Assembly (NCBI RefSeq): GCF_048593235.1
Contig: NC_133619.1
Coordinates: forward strand, 604,664,558 to 604,728,557
DNA: 64,000 nt
Source of the DNA: Sminthopsis crassicaudata
Lineage: Eukaryota
Reading direction: 5' to 3'
Shown here: piece after piece, positions 1 through 10,440 of the stretch
Numbering within the stretch: position 1 is the first letter of the stretch
Layout: the number at the start of each line of letters is the position of its first letter
Program-made: the position numbers and the translations under genes
The notes under the pieces: model-generated
What the model was told of the DNA's origin: nothing
The model's input: only the letters and a program-made list of their open reading frames with translations
The model's database searches: none

Positions 1-112
1 CAAGGATACCCAGGAACACACATCAAAACTGCCCCCCTTCATGCTATGTCCCCCAGAGGGAGCATCCCAGGCATCCCCCACCTGATCCCTAATGTCTAGC
101 AGGCCCAGGTAC

Positions 113-149
113 CTTTGGCTTTGGGCTTCTTGGGACTGCAGGAAGGACC
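113..149 (-). CDS. CNKSR1: CNKSR1 exon 13 (GPSCSPKKPKAK-G); gene continues off the left edge, PH-domain exons not in window
   Basis: tttttgccccccag acceptor, GTACCT donor, 37 nt, phase 0 to 1; basic patch like recalled SPVGRKKSKG. Confidence 0.75.
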
Positions 150-576
150 CTGGGGGGCAAAAATTTTAAAAATCTTAAGACACCTTGGAGGTTATCCAGG
201 CAATGCATTCCTCCTTATAAATGACTATTCAGTCTCTGACAAGGGCCTTTAGTGATAGGGGACCCTTGACCCTCTGGAGAAACCCATCCCACCCTTGGAG
301 ACCTTCAATAAGGTTTTCTTATATTGAACAAAACTATTTCCCTGCAGCTCCCCCCCACACTGCCTTGGGGGGCTCAGGAGAATGAGCCCTGTCCCCCTTC
401 CAAGGGCCCAGGAAAGCTGCCATCTCCTCTAAGTCCTCCCCAATCCTGCATCTAGCTGTCATTCCATCTTGTCTCTAACCCCTGCCCCATCCTGATTCTC
501 AGCTTCTAGACACATGCCTAGAACGAGGGGAAGGGGGAAGGCCAAACCTGGGGGCTCCCCTCTGCTCCCAGCCCAC

Positions 577-719
577 CTTGTCCAGTGGCTCCGGCGATCC
601 ATGATTTGCAATTTCCCCTGTGACTGGCTGGGCTACTGGGTGGGGGTCCAGGGTGCTGGGGGAGCGGCGTGCCTCCTCAGAGCCCCAGATATTGCCACAG
701 TCTGAAGGTGTGGTAGGGC
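577..719 (-). CDS. CNKSR1: CNKSR1 exon 12 (GPTTPSDCG...SPEPLDK; low-complexity linker)
   Basis: tcttcctag acceptor, GTGGGC donor, 143 nt, phase 1 to 0; ends in PLDK, similar to recalled human SPDK. Confidence 0.8.
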
Positions 720-1009
720 CTAGGAAGACAGCAGTCTTCTCAACACATGCAAAGTTCTGGGCCCATGGAGAACCCGACATGGAGGGATATCTAGGAAGAG
801 GCTATGGTCTGGAGAAGGAACAGTGGGACCCAGATGTTCAGACAGCTGTGCTGATAACAGTGCTCCTCTGGTATGACCTGGGGCATCTTAGTGGTCTGTG
901 GTGGTGTTAGGAGGGAGAGCAGAGCACCAGCGACTTACTGAAGTCAGATTTAAATAATGCTGAAATTGGAGGAACTGAAAAGAGCCTTAAATTATGGAAT
1001 GTCAGAGCT

Positions 1010-1335
1010 AGGATAGGAGGAATCCTAGAATATAGAATGGGAAAGCTTAGAACATCAGATGTCAGAGCTGGGAGGGCCCTTAGAACATGGGAGGTCAGAG
1101 CTAGAAGGGAGCTTAGAACACAGGATGTCAGAGCCCAGAGGGCCCTTAGAACCCAGGTCAGAGCTGGAAGGACCCTTAGAACCCAGGAGGTCAGAACTGG
1201 GAGGGCCCTTAGAACCCAGGTCAGAGCTAGGAGGGCCCTCTCAGCTCTGACAGGGCCCTTAGAACCTAGGATGTCAGAGCCTGGAGGGCCCTTAAAATAC
1301 AGAGTCCTAGAACTTGATATATTCTTAGAACCCTG
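1010..1335. repeat. Same 33-bp family, inverted orientation, about 9 degenerate units, in CNKSR1 intron 11
   Basis: Repeated gtcagagctgg(g/a)agggcccttagaac. Confidence 0.9.
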
Positions 1336-1546
1336 TTAGTTGAAACAGAATATCAAGACTAAAAGTGACCTTAAAAGTCATCTAGTCCAAATCTCAGAGG
1401 AAGAAACTGGACCTTTGTTTTTCTCCTACAAAGTCTAGAAAAAGGAAGGGACTGGTCAAGTTCCCACAGCTGGCCACAACAGAACCAGTATTAGAACCCA
1501 AGTCTCTGATTCCCAACCCAGTATTCTTTGCCTGACCTCACATTAC

Positions 1547-1623
1547 CTGCCTCAGAGGAGCTGGGGAATCTTGGTTCTGGACTCTGGTCAAAGGTGAAGG
1601 CAGAACCTTTTTCTTCTGAGGTT
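1547..1623 (-). CDS. CNKSR1: CNKSR1 exon 11 (TSEEKGSAFTFDQSPEPRFPSSSEA)
   Basis: tctctacag acceptor, GTAATG donor, 77 nt, phase 2 to 1. Confidence 0.85.
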
Positions 1624-1716
1624 CTGTAGAGAACAGAGATTGCAAGAACAAAGTGGTCACTCCTCCCCACGTGCCATCCCCAGGCCACGACGTACTCTGC
1701 TGGCAGAGTCCATTAC

Positions 1717-1781
1717 CTTGGAGATGGCGGGGCCAAGCCTGCTGATTGGTTCCTGGAGTTGGTGATTGGTTCCAAGGGGCT
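1717..1781 (-). CDS. CNKSR1: CNKSR1 exon 10 (SPLEPITNSRNQSAGLAPPSP-R)
   Basis: ttattcctcag acceptor, GTAATG donor, 65 nt, phase 0 to 2. Confidence 0.85.
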
Positions 1782-1861
1782 CTGAGGAATAAGTAGGGGG
1801 GAATCATGAGCGAGGAACAGGGGCAGGGAGAGCAGAGATGAGGAAGGGGGAAGGAACCCAC

Positions 1862-1963
1862 CTGAGGGGCAGTCTTGGGCACAGGAACAGTCTTCAGCAC
1901 CAGTCTGAGGAGGGCTGGGTCCTGGAGCAGCAGCCTATCCAAGCTAGCCCGGGGCCAGCCCAC
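1862..1963 (-). CDS. CNKSR1: CNKSR1 exon 9 (VGWPRASLDRLLLQDPALLRLVLKTVPVPKTAPQ)
   Basis: gtccttgag acceptor, GTGGGT donor, 102 nt. Confidence 0.92.
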
Positions 1964-2390
1964 CTCAAGGACCAAGGCAGAGAAGACAGACTTAATTTGG
2001 GACACCTGGCCTGAGCTGGGCCTGGGGACAGGGGCTGCCCTGAATCGCCCCCACTTCCATGTCCACCAGTCCCCTGACATACAAATGAGAGATTCTGCTC
2101 CAATTGGACTAACCTGGTCCCTTCCTCTAGCTAACACTCAGTTCATTTCCTCCCTCCCCAGTTCTTCCTCCCTAGGTCTATTACCTAGGCTCCCCTACCA
2201 GGTATCCAGGTGTCCACCCCTAGGTACGCCCCTGCCTCCTGTCCCTCCAGTCCAAGGACACCAAAGAACAGGCGTTGAGTTTCTACATGGAAGAGGGTAG
2301 GATCCCCATTTCCAGACCTGAGTGCCCCTTCTTTCCCAGGGCAACAACAGTCTAGAAATGCCGTCATTCCCTCCCTTCAGGGGGACTCAC

Positions 2391-2459
2391 CACCACCTGC
2401 CCGTTGACCTGAACAATCTCGTCTCCCAGCAAGATCTGGGAGCAGCCGTCAGCAGGAGA
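2391..2459 (-). CDS. CNKSR1: CNKSR1 exon 8 (PDZ domain; SPADGCSQILLGDEIVQVNGQVV)
   Basis: ctctccag acceptor, GTGAGT donor, 69 nt; typical PDZ GDEIVQVNG motif. Confidence 0.93.
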
Positions 2460-2648
2460 CTGGAGAGCAGAGGGAGAGGGGGTTTGAGAGGGGCAACTGA
2501 ACTCACCCCCCCCCCCCTCCTTAGAGCTTCAATTAGCAGAGCAGCTGAAGAGCCGGGAGAGCAGGAGGAACTCGCAGACAGGGATTAGAGTCAACATTCC
2601 TCCCCAAGGTGGAAGGATGGGGTAGACAGGATGGGGAGGGCCTCTTAC

Positions 2649-2708
2649 CTCTGGGGCTGTTCCAGACACAAAGTGGTGGCAGCTGCTGGTGCTGAGGATT
2701 TCCAGGCC
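2649..2708 (-). CDS. CNKSR1: CNKSR1 exon 7 (PDZ domain; GLEILSTSSCHHFVSGTAPE)
   Basis: tttatccag acceptor, GTAAGA donor, 60 nt. Confidence 0.93.
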
Positions 2709-2859
2709 CTGGATAAACAGACACACCCAAACACACAGGCCCGGCTCAGTGAGGATGGGGAAGCAAGAAGCAGCAAGGGCCTTACCCTGAGTGAGTCAGG
2801 CACTGGGCTACCAGGCCAGGAATGCAAAGTGGGGATGCTTCCAAGGAGTTGGGGGAAGG

Positions 2860-4625
2860 GCCCTTAGAACCCAGGAGGTCAGAGCTGGAAGGGCCTCCCA
2901 GCTCTGATCTCCTGGGTTCTAAGGCCCCTCCCAGCTCTGACCTCCCAGGTTCTAAGGGCCCTCCCAGCTCTGACCTCCTGGGTTCTAAGGCCCCTCCCAG
3001 CTCTGACCTCCCAGGTTCTAAGGGCCCTCCCAGCTCTGACCTCCCGGGTTCTAAGGGCCCTCCTAGCTCTGACCTTCTGGGTTCTAAGGGCCCTCCCAGC
3101 TCTGACCTCCTGGGTTCTAAGGGCCCTCCCAGCTCTGACCTCCTGGGTTCTAAGATCCCTCCCAGCTCTGACCTCCCGGGTTCTAAGGGTTCTCCCAACT
3201 CTGACCTCCTGGGTTCTAAGGGCCCTCCCAGCTCTGACCTCCTGGGTTCTAAGGGCCCTCCCAGCTCTGACCTCCTGGGTTCTAAGGGTTCTCCCAGCTC
3301 TGACCTCCCGGGTTCTAAGGGCCCTCCTAGCTCTGACCTCCCGTGTTCTAAGGGTTCTCTCAGCTCTGACCTCCCGGGTTCTAAGGGCCCTCCTAGCTCT
3401 GACCTCCTGGGTTCTAAGGCCCCTCCCAGCTCTGACCTCCCAGGTTCTAAGGGCCCTCCCAGCTCTGACCTCCCGGATTCTAAGGGCCCTCCTAGCTCTG
3501 ACCTTCTGGGTTCTAAGGGCCCTCCCAGCTCTGACCTCCTGGGTTCTAAGGGCCCTCCCAGCTCTGACCTCCTGGGTTCTAAGATCCCTCCCAGCTCTGA
3601 CCTCCCAGGTTCTAAGGGTTCTCCCAACTCTGACCTCCCGGGTTCTAAGGGCCCTCCCAGCTCTGACCTCCTGGGTTCTAAGGGCCCTCCCAGCTCTGAC
3701 CTTCTGGGTTCTAAGGGCCCTCCCAGCTCTGACCTCCTGGGTTCTAAGGGCCCTCCCAGCTCTGACCTCCTGGGTTCTAAGATCCCTCCCAGCTCTGACC
3801 TCCCGTGTTCTAAGGGTTCTCCCAACTCTGACCTCCCGGGTTCTAAGGGTTCTCTCAGCTCTGACCTCCCGGGTTCTAAGGGCTCTCTCAACTCTGACCT
3901 CCTGGGTTCTAAGGACCCTCCCAGGTCTGACCTCCTGGGTTCTAAGGGCCCTCCCAGCTCTGAAATTCTGGGTTCTAAGGGCCCTCCCAGCTCTGACCTC
4001 CTGGGTTCTAAGGGCCCTCCCAGGTCTGACCTCCTGGGTTCTAAGGGCCCTCCCAGCTCTGACCTCCTGGGTTCTAAGGGCCCTCCCAGCTCTGACCTCC
4101 TGGGTTCTAAGGGCCCTCCCAGCTCTGACCTCCTGGGTTCTAAGGGCCCTCCCAGCTCTGACATCCTGGGTTCTAAGGTTTCTCCCAGCTCTGACCTCCT
4201 GGGTTCTAGGTCCCTCCCGGCTCTGACCTCCTGGGTTCTAAGGGCCCTCCCAGCTCTGACCTCCTGGGTTCTAAGGGCCCTCCCAGCTCTGACCTCCTGG
4301 GTTCTAAGGGCCCTCCCAGCTCTGACCTCCTGGGTTCTAAGGGCCCTCCCAGCTCTGACCTCCTGGGTTCTAAGGGCCCTCCCAGCTCTGACATCCTGGG
4401 TTCTAAGGTTTCTCCCAGCTCTGACCTCCTGGGTTCTAGGTCCCTCCCGGCTCTGACCTCCTGGGTTCTAAGGGCCCTCCCAGCTCTGACCTCCTGGGTT
4501 CTAAGGGTTCTCCCAGCTCTGACCTCCTGGGTTCTAGGTCCCTCCCAGGTCTGACCTCCTGGGTTCTAGGTCCCTCCCAGGTCTGACCTTCTGGTTTCTA
4601 AGGGCCCTTCCAGCTCTGAAACTAT
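2860..4625. repeat. 33-bp minisatellite, about 53 units (consensus CCTCCCAGCTCTGACCTCCTGGGTTCTAAGGGC), in CNKSR1 intron 6
   Basis: Directly visible tandem units; 11-aa periodicity in both ORF-track translations (PSSDLLGSKGP and SELGGPLEPRR). Confidence 0.97.
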
Positions 4626-4922
4626 GCTTTTTTCCAACTCTCAGCAACGTTCTCTAACGTCGGATTCAGGATCTCAGTTTTCAATCCCTTGTGTCATGTG
4701 ATTCCACTGACACTACTGTGAGGTTGGCAATACAATAAACATTATTATGCCCATTTAGCAGAGGCACAAACTGACGCTCTGGTTAATCAACTTGCCTAAG
4801 ACCTCAGAGGAAGTGTCAGAGCTGGAGAAGTCCCAGCCAGGTGCTGTGCCTCTCTGCCCTGCCCTGGGTCTCTCTCTCCTGGCCAAGGCCAAGGTGTGTA
4901 CAAGGGGCTGGGACAGGCTCAC

Positions 4923-5042
4923 CAGGGGCTCCTCTGGTTGTCGGGCTCTCAGCTCCACCAGCTCCAAGACCGCCAGCTGATCGAGCAAGTCCTTGGGACT
5001 GAAGCTCAGAATGGCGTCACAGACGCTCACGATGTTGTTCCC
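4923..5042 (-). CDS. CNKSR1: CNKSR1 exon 6 (GNNIVSVCDAILSFSPKDLLDQLAVLELVELRARQPEEPL)
   Basis: ttcccag acceptor, GTGAGC donor, 120 nt, phase 0-0. Confidence 0.9.
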
Positions 5043-5175
5043 CTGGGAATGTGGGAAGGTGTACGGGAGACCCGGAGAGCGCAAAGGAGACAGCGAGATG
5101 AGGGTGTCCACTCCGCCCCTGCTGCCCTCCCCACTCCCTCTACACCAGCCCCCGCCCCACTCCCAGAACACTCAC

Positions 5176-5217
5176 GAGCCTCAGGAGCTGGGCCTCCTTT
5201 GTTGCCACTGGGGAGTC
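5176..5217 (-). CDS. CNKSR1: CNKSR1 exon 5 (DSPVATKEAQLLRL)
   Basis: tctcttttag acceptor, GTGAGT donor, 42 nt, phase 0-0; resembles recalled DGPAAEKEGTVLRI. Confidence 0.88.
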
Positions 5218-6189
5218 CTAAAAGAGACAAGAGAACCAGGTGGACTCCCAGACTGGACGGGGGACAAGCCTTTGGGCGAGAAGTTTCCTCCCCGGCTCTC
5301 CTAGAAGGGGGGCCACAGCTGAGGGGGCTACAGCCCCTTAAAGCCAGGTGGTGCCAAGGATCAGTTACCATGGACTCTTAGCTCCAGCCTGGCCACTTTC
5401 TTCTCACCTGGGGAACCTACACCAGACAAGAGAACCCCTGTTCTCTGCAGGGGCCCATGCCCTGCCCTAGATGGCCATGTCCTTGGGAAGGTGCGGCCCC
5501 CCATTCTCAGAGCCACACTTGCCTGTTCTCAGAGATGGGGACACACACACACACATACACACTCCCTCCCAAGGCTGTACAATTTCCCCATTCCCAAATC
5601 CAAAGTGGATCCCCAGAGCCAGGCTTCTCACACGGGTGGAAGTAAAGCAATGGAGAAGGAGGAAAAGTCCCAGGAACCCCTGCTGTTCTTTCCTCAGTTC
5701 ATTCTAGCTATTCCTGGACCTGCCAAATAGGAAAACTTGAGTCTCCTTCTGGGGGCTCACTCTTCCATCTCTCAAAGAGAGGGCCAGGGTCTACACTCAC
5801 AGCTCCCCCCACCTTTTCTCCAAGCTCCAAGCCCAATCCACCCCGTGGTCGAAATCTGAGAAAGTCAAGGTCACCAGGGGTGGGGGGTGGGATACCCGAA
5901 TCTCTGGCGGGAGGGCTGGCAAAGGCTGGCAAAGACTAGGGAACTCTAGATCTCCCTTCAAATCCTGGAGTGATCTATAGGTCTGTCCCCCTCCCCCAGT
6001 ACCTGAAGCCTCTGGTCTTCCTCAAGTGGCCAGTCACCCCTCCCCAGGCTGTCCAGCCCCCTCCCCCATTCCGGTCTGATTCACAGGTTATAAAAAGCCT
6101 CCTAGGATCTAATTCCTCTGCCCCACCCCTTGGACAGCTCAGTCCCACCTCGAGTGTCAGGCTGGGGCAGGGGATGGGCGGTCACTCAC

Positions 6190-6274
6190 CTCCTGCAGGG
6201 CCTGGGCCAGCTCCCTGCACAAATCCCCGACCTCCTGGCACGCAGAAAAGTCATTGAGTAGAGAAAAAAGGTAC
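6190..6274 (-). CDS. CNKSR1: CNKSR1 exon 4 (YLFSLLNDFSACQEVGDLCRELAQALQE)
   Basis: cccag acceptor, GTGAGT donor, 85 nt, phase 2 to 0; strong match to recalled YLFSHLNDFSACQEI. Confidence 0.95.
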
Positions 6275-6883
6275 CTGGGAGCCAGGGAGGGTCAAAAGAC
6301 ATTAAGTTCCGGGTCGGGGTCGGAGTTGTCCTGAGGCAAAGTGCTGAAATTCCTGTCTCCTCAAGGAGGAGTCAGGGAGGCCCAGGTCTGCCCAAGCCAG
6401 ACAGCCTCACAGCCCCAAGCCCTTGTCTCCTTCTCTCCCCAGGAGGGTCTCCCCCTCTCACAGCAGACAGAGGCAAGGGGGTTAGAATCCCAAAGGTCAG
6501 AAATCGAGAGGCCGCTGTTTCAAGACTTGGCTCTGCTATCAATTCACTGGATAATTTTGGGTAAGCCACTTAACTGCTGGAAGCCTCAGTTTTCTGAGCT
6601 GCAAAATGGAACCAATAATCCCTATTCCATCTAGGCCTTCTGAGGATTGCAAGGGATGCAGAATTGGTAAGAACTGTCAAAGTGTTAAAGAAACTCCAGG
6701 GGTTATTGTGGAGACTATTAAGAATAATTCATTAAGGAGCAGCTAGGTGGAGCAATGGATAGAGCTCTCTCCCAGGAGGTAGGAAGACCAGGATTCAGAC
6801 ATTTAATGCATAAGTCACTTGACCTCAGTTGCCTTTCCCCCCACCCCCAAAAGGGAGAAAGAATAACCTATTAGCCCCATTAC

Positions 6884-7065
6884 CTGTTGAGCCAGCAGAG
6901 AAGGGCCCAAGCTGCTCGGACCAACTCGATGGCTCCCGTAAGCAGGTCTGGGGCAGGTTCCCCACAGGGCCCGAGGCAGCCAGGGACAAGGCTGCAGAAT
7001 TTGTGGGTCAGGATCCGCAGCTGCTCTGTTAGTTTCCGGAGATTTTCAGTCTCTAGGCCGGAGCT
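6884..7065 (-). CDS. CNKSR1: CNKSR1 exon 3 (CRIC domain; SSGLETENLRKL...LLCWLNR)
   Basis: ccacag acceptor, GTAATG donor, 182 nt, phase 0 to 2. Confidence 0.95.
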
Positions 7066-7204
7066 CTGTGGCCCAGGGGAGGAACACAACAGGTCACTCC
7101 CTACCCCATGACCACCTCCCACATTCCTCTATCTCAAGTCCTCCCAATGGGAGGGAGAATCCAACCTCCCAACTCCGCTCTTTCTCTCTGGGTAACTTTG
7201 GGCT

Positions 7205-7420
7205 GCTAAGTAGCTCAGCAGGGAGAGCTGGGGTCTGAAGTTAGGAAAATCTAACTTCAACTTGTACGTGACACTTCCTAGCTGTGTGACTGTGGCAAGT
7301 CACTTAAACAGTTTTGCCTTAATCTGTGGGAATAGGAATGACAAACCACTCCGGTACCTTTGCCAAGAAAACTCCTGGAACATACCGCCCAACGGGGTCA
7401 CAGAGTTGGACACAACAGAA
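7205..7420 (+). mobile_element. CORE-SINE with RTE-like tail (MAR1-type marsupial SINE)
   Basis: CORE ctagctgtgtgac...gcaagtcacttaa followed by tail aaaccactcc...tttgccaagaaaac...ggggtcacagagttggacac; similar copies near 9007, 27675, 56780 and 63645 (plus) and 50540 and 54670 (minus). Confidence 0.75.
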
Positions 7421-7664
7421 CAATAACTCTGGACAAGCCCTTCAACCTCTCTGTGCCTCAGTTTCCTCATCTGTAAAATGAGAAGACTGGCCTTGACAAA
7501 TTCCAAAGTCCCTTCAGGTCTAGGTCCATAAATCCTCAGGCCTCCGGCCCACTGGAACCCCCAGGTTCTCGGCAGCATCTTAGATAAGTAAGTCACTCCC
7601 CTAAGTCCTTAAGGAGAAGGCCCTTCCAGGAGGTGTGAGCTCAATGTGCCTGGCACTTACTCAC

Positions 7665-7822
7665 CAGCGTCCGGAGCTGTTCTACCCCGTCGAGGATGAG
7701 TTCCTGATGGCCAACGTGCCAGACCCCCAGGGCCTCCAGGCTCCGAGGACAGAGCTGAAGCAGGTCACTCCCCACCAGGGCCCACTGCTCAAAGGGGTGT
7801 TCTTGTACTAGCTCATCCAGGC
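7665..7822 (-). CDS. CNKSR1: CNKSR1 exon 2 (SAM domain; GLDELVQEHPFEQW...VEQLRTL)
   Basis: ctgcag acceptor, GTGAGT donor, 158 nt, phase 1 to 0, in frame with exon 1. Confidence 0.95.
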
Positions 7823-8534
7823 CTGCAGGATGAGAGAGCCGGCACGGCATGAGTTACCCAGATCACCTCCCCTCACTATAGCCGGGTGGGCTGTCCCAGG
7901 TGAGCCCAGACCCCTTCTTGAGCTAGGTTTCCTCATGCTTCCAGATCCCTCAAAAAGGAGAAGGCCCTCCGGCTCTCTCATCAGCCCTTGACCCTCAAGC
8001 ATCTCCGGGAAACTCCAACTTTCATGGTATAGACATAGACCAAGAGACAAACACATGGATCTAGAAATAAGGAATGCCAGGATTTGAATTCTTACTAACT
8101 GTGATGCTGGGCGAGTCACTTAGCTTTTCAGCCTGTTTCCTCATTTGTAAAAGAGGTGATAACAGTACCATCTCCCAAATTTATAGTGAGAATCAAACGA
8201 GATAATAATTGTCGATCGCTTAGCATGGTGCCTGGCACACAGTAGGTGCTAAATAAATGTTAGCTATTATTATTATTATTAGGATCAAGTGGGACAATAT
8301 ATATATGGTGCTTTATAAACCTTAAAGGATTATATAGATGCTAACAGTTATTGCTATTTAAAAATTCTTCCCTTACTCCAGTTGGGACAAGGGAAAATTT
8401 AACCAGGAAGCATCTTGGAATAAAGAGAAGGATCTGAGCAAGGAAAAAAGGAGTCCTGGATTTAAGTCTGTGCAAATTACGGATTTGTTCTGGCCCTGGT
8501 TTTCCATCTGCAAAGTGAGAAATCTGGCCTAGCT

Positions 8535-8745
8535 AAACTTTAAGGGTCCTCCCAGCTCTGATATCTAAGATCTCTCTAGCTCTGACATCCCATGTTCTAA
8601 GGGCCCTCCCAGCTCTGACATCCTGGGTTCTAAGGGCCCTCCCAGCTCTGACCTCCTGGGTTCTAAGGGCCCTCCCAGCTCTGACATCCCATGTTCTAAG
8701 AGCCCTCCCAGCTCTGACATTCTGTGTTCTAAGGGTCCTCCCATT
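8535..8745. repeat. Same 33-bp family, about 6 units, at the 3' end of a MIR-like SINE in CNKSR1 intron 1
   Basis: Repeated ttctaagggccctcccagctctgaca. Confidence 0.9.
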
Positions 8746-10224
8746 CACTCTCCAGTGCAGCCAGGTCACTCTTCGATGCCTGCTTAAAGCTCCTTTATCT
8801 GGAAAGTTCTCCCTGTACATGACCTCTGGAAATTCCTAGATTCCTTTAAAGTTAAGCTTGAATGCTCCCTTGAACATGAGTTATTTCCTGATGTGTTATG
8901 TTCCACCCTCCTCACTAGGGATTACTTTCTATCCCTACCCCCATCAATTTATCTTGTATTTTATAAGTACCTACTTGTGGCTATTATTATTATTAATCAC
9001 TATTATGGCAGCTAAGTGGCCCCAAAGATAGAGCACTGGACCTGGAGTCAGGAAGATTCATCATCTGGAGTTCAAATCCCACCTCAGACATTAACTAGCT
9101 GTCCCTTATCCCATTTGCTTTAGCTTCCTCATCTATAAAATGACCAGGAAAAAAAAATGACAAAACACTCCAGTATCTTTGCCAAGAAAACCCCAAATGG
9201 GGTCATGTTGAATTGGACATGATTTAAACAGACCATATCATGGCAGTATTATTTCCCTCCAGAGAGGCATTCTTATCTTTGGGAACGCAGTAGGGGCTTT
9301 AAAGGTAAATGCATATTAATGGATCACATGAAAGGAACAGGAAGATAAAAGATTCACAGCAGTCAAAAGTTTCTCAAAATGTCAGTTTGATCCAAAGCAA
9401 TCCCAATAGCCTTTGAACAGAAAATGCTATCTGTCTCAGAAAAACAATTATGGAAATTGAATGTAAATCAACACATGCTATGTTCATTTCTTTTTTTGTT
9501 TTTCTCTTTTGTTCTGATTTTTCTCTCCCAACGTGATTCATAAAGTAACGTAAATTAAAAATAAATAGTTTAAAAAGATTGTCAGTCTGTTAAGCATCTC
9601 TGACCTCCCTTACTAAAGGGGAAATCAGGATAAAACTGACTGTTAAATTTTAGCATTTTAACTTTTGCAGAAGCTACACATTTGGCTTACTTTATTGTTT
9701 CATTCTTTAAGCTTTATTATTATATATTATTTGATTATGTCTATTATCTAGGCAATAAAGAAAATGTTAATATTAAAATATATGATAATGCTATTAATAT
9801 AATACAATGTAAAAAAGCATTATCAAAATGGGACACTGGAAGAAGGGATTTTGGGGGGGTAGGGTTATAGATTAGGCCATGACTGGTAGGGGAATCCAAG
9901 AATCTCAGAGACTTGGGAGAGAATAATAATAGCTCCATCACAGAGATGACCCTCATTCTCCCCTTAAGGAATCTGAGACAAATTATGCTGTAAGAATACC
10001 CTTCTATAAAGGGATGTGGGGTTCAGTTACCAGCTCCCCACTTTTGTCCATCTGCTGTTTTTCTACAGAATCCTGGGGAAGGATAGCATAGGACTATTTT
10101 CCACATCTCCTCCTTAGTGGGGCTGGGCATCAGGGTTCCTGGGTTCTTTGCAACAAGCTGAACCTTACTACCACGACACATACTTATACAACCACACGCA
10201 CATACATACACAGGAGGTCAATCA

Positions 10225-10440
10225 AACTGAGACTGGCTGAAGACCGTAGCTTTAAAAGGGCAAGGTCTCCCATTGCTTCCCAGGCTATCCATCTCCAGTC
10301 CTCCTGATCTTGCCACTGGACCAGATGACTCTGGAGGGGAAAGTGAGGTAGATGATCTTGCTCAGCCTTCCCTCACTTAAATCCAGTTCACTGATGTCAT
10401 GATATCATGGTCCTCTTTGAGAATGAAGGACAAACAACAT
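10225..10440 (+). mobile_element. RTE-related SINE or RTE 3' fragment (WALLSI/RTESINE-like)
   Basis: Ends ggtcctctttgagaatgaaggacaaacaac, like the RTE 3' end near 59600. Confidence 0.55.

Noticed and set aside
2782-4456. 544-aa and 460-aa ORFs as real genes
   Set aside because: Fully explained by a stop-free 33-bp unit inside a CNKSR1 intron; no convincing splice sites or promoter link them to a transcript
2860-4625. CRISPR-like array (33-bp periodicity)
   Set aside because: Units are contiguous with no unique spacers, the DNA is mammalian and no cas genes are present; it is a minisatellite
5790-5856. Alternative candidate for CNKSR1 exon 5 (AG...GTGAGT on minus)
   Set aside because: The length does not keep phase 0-0 and the translation does not resemble CNKSR1; 5176-5217 fits both
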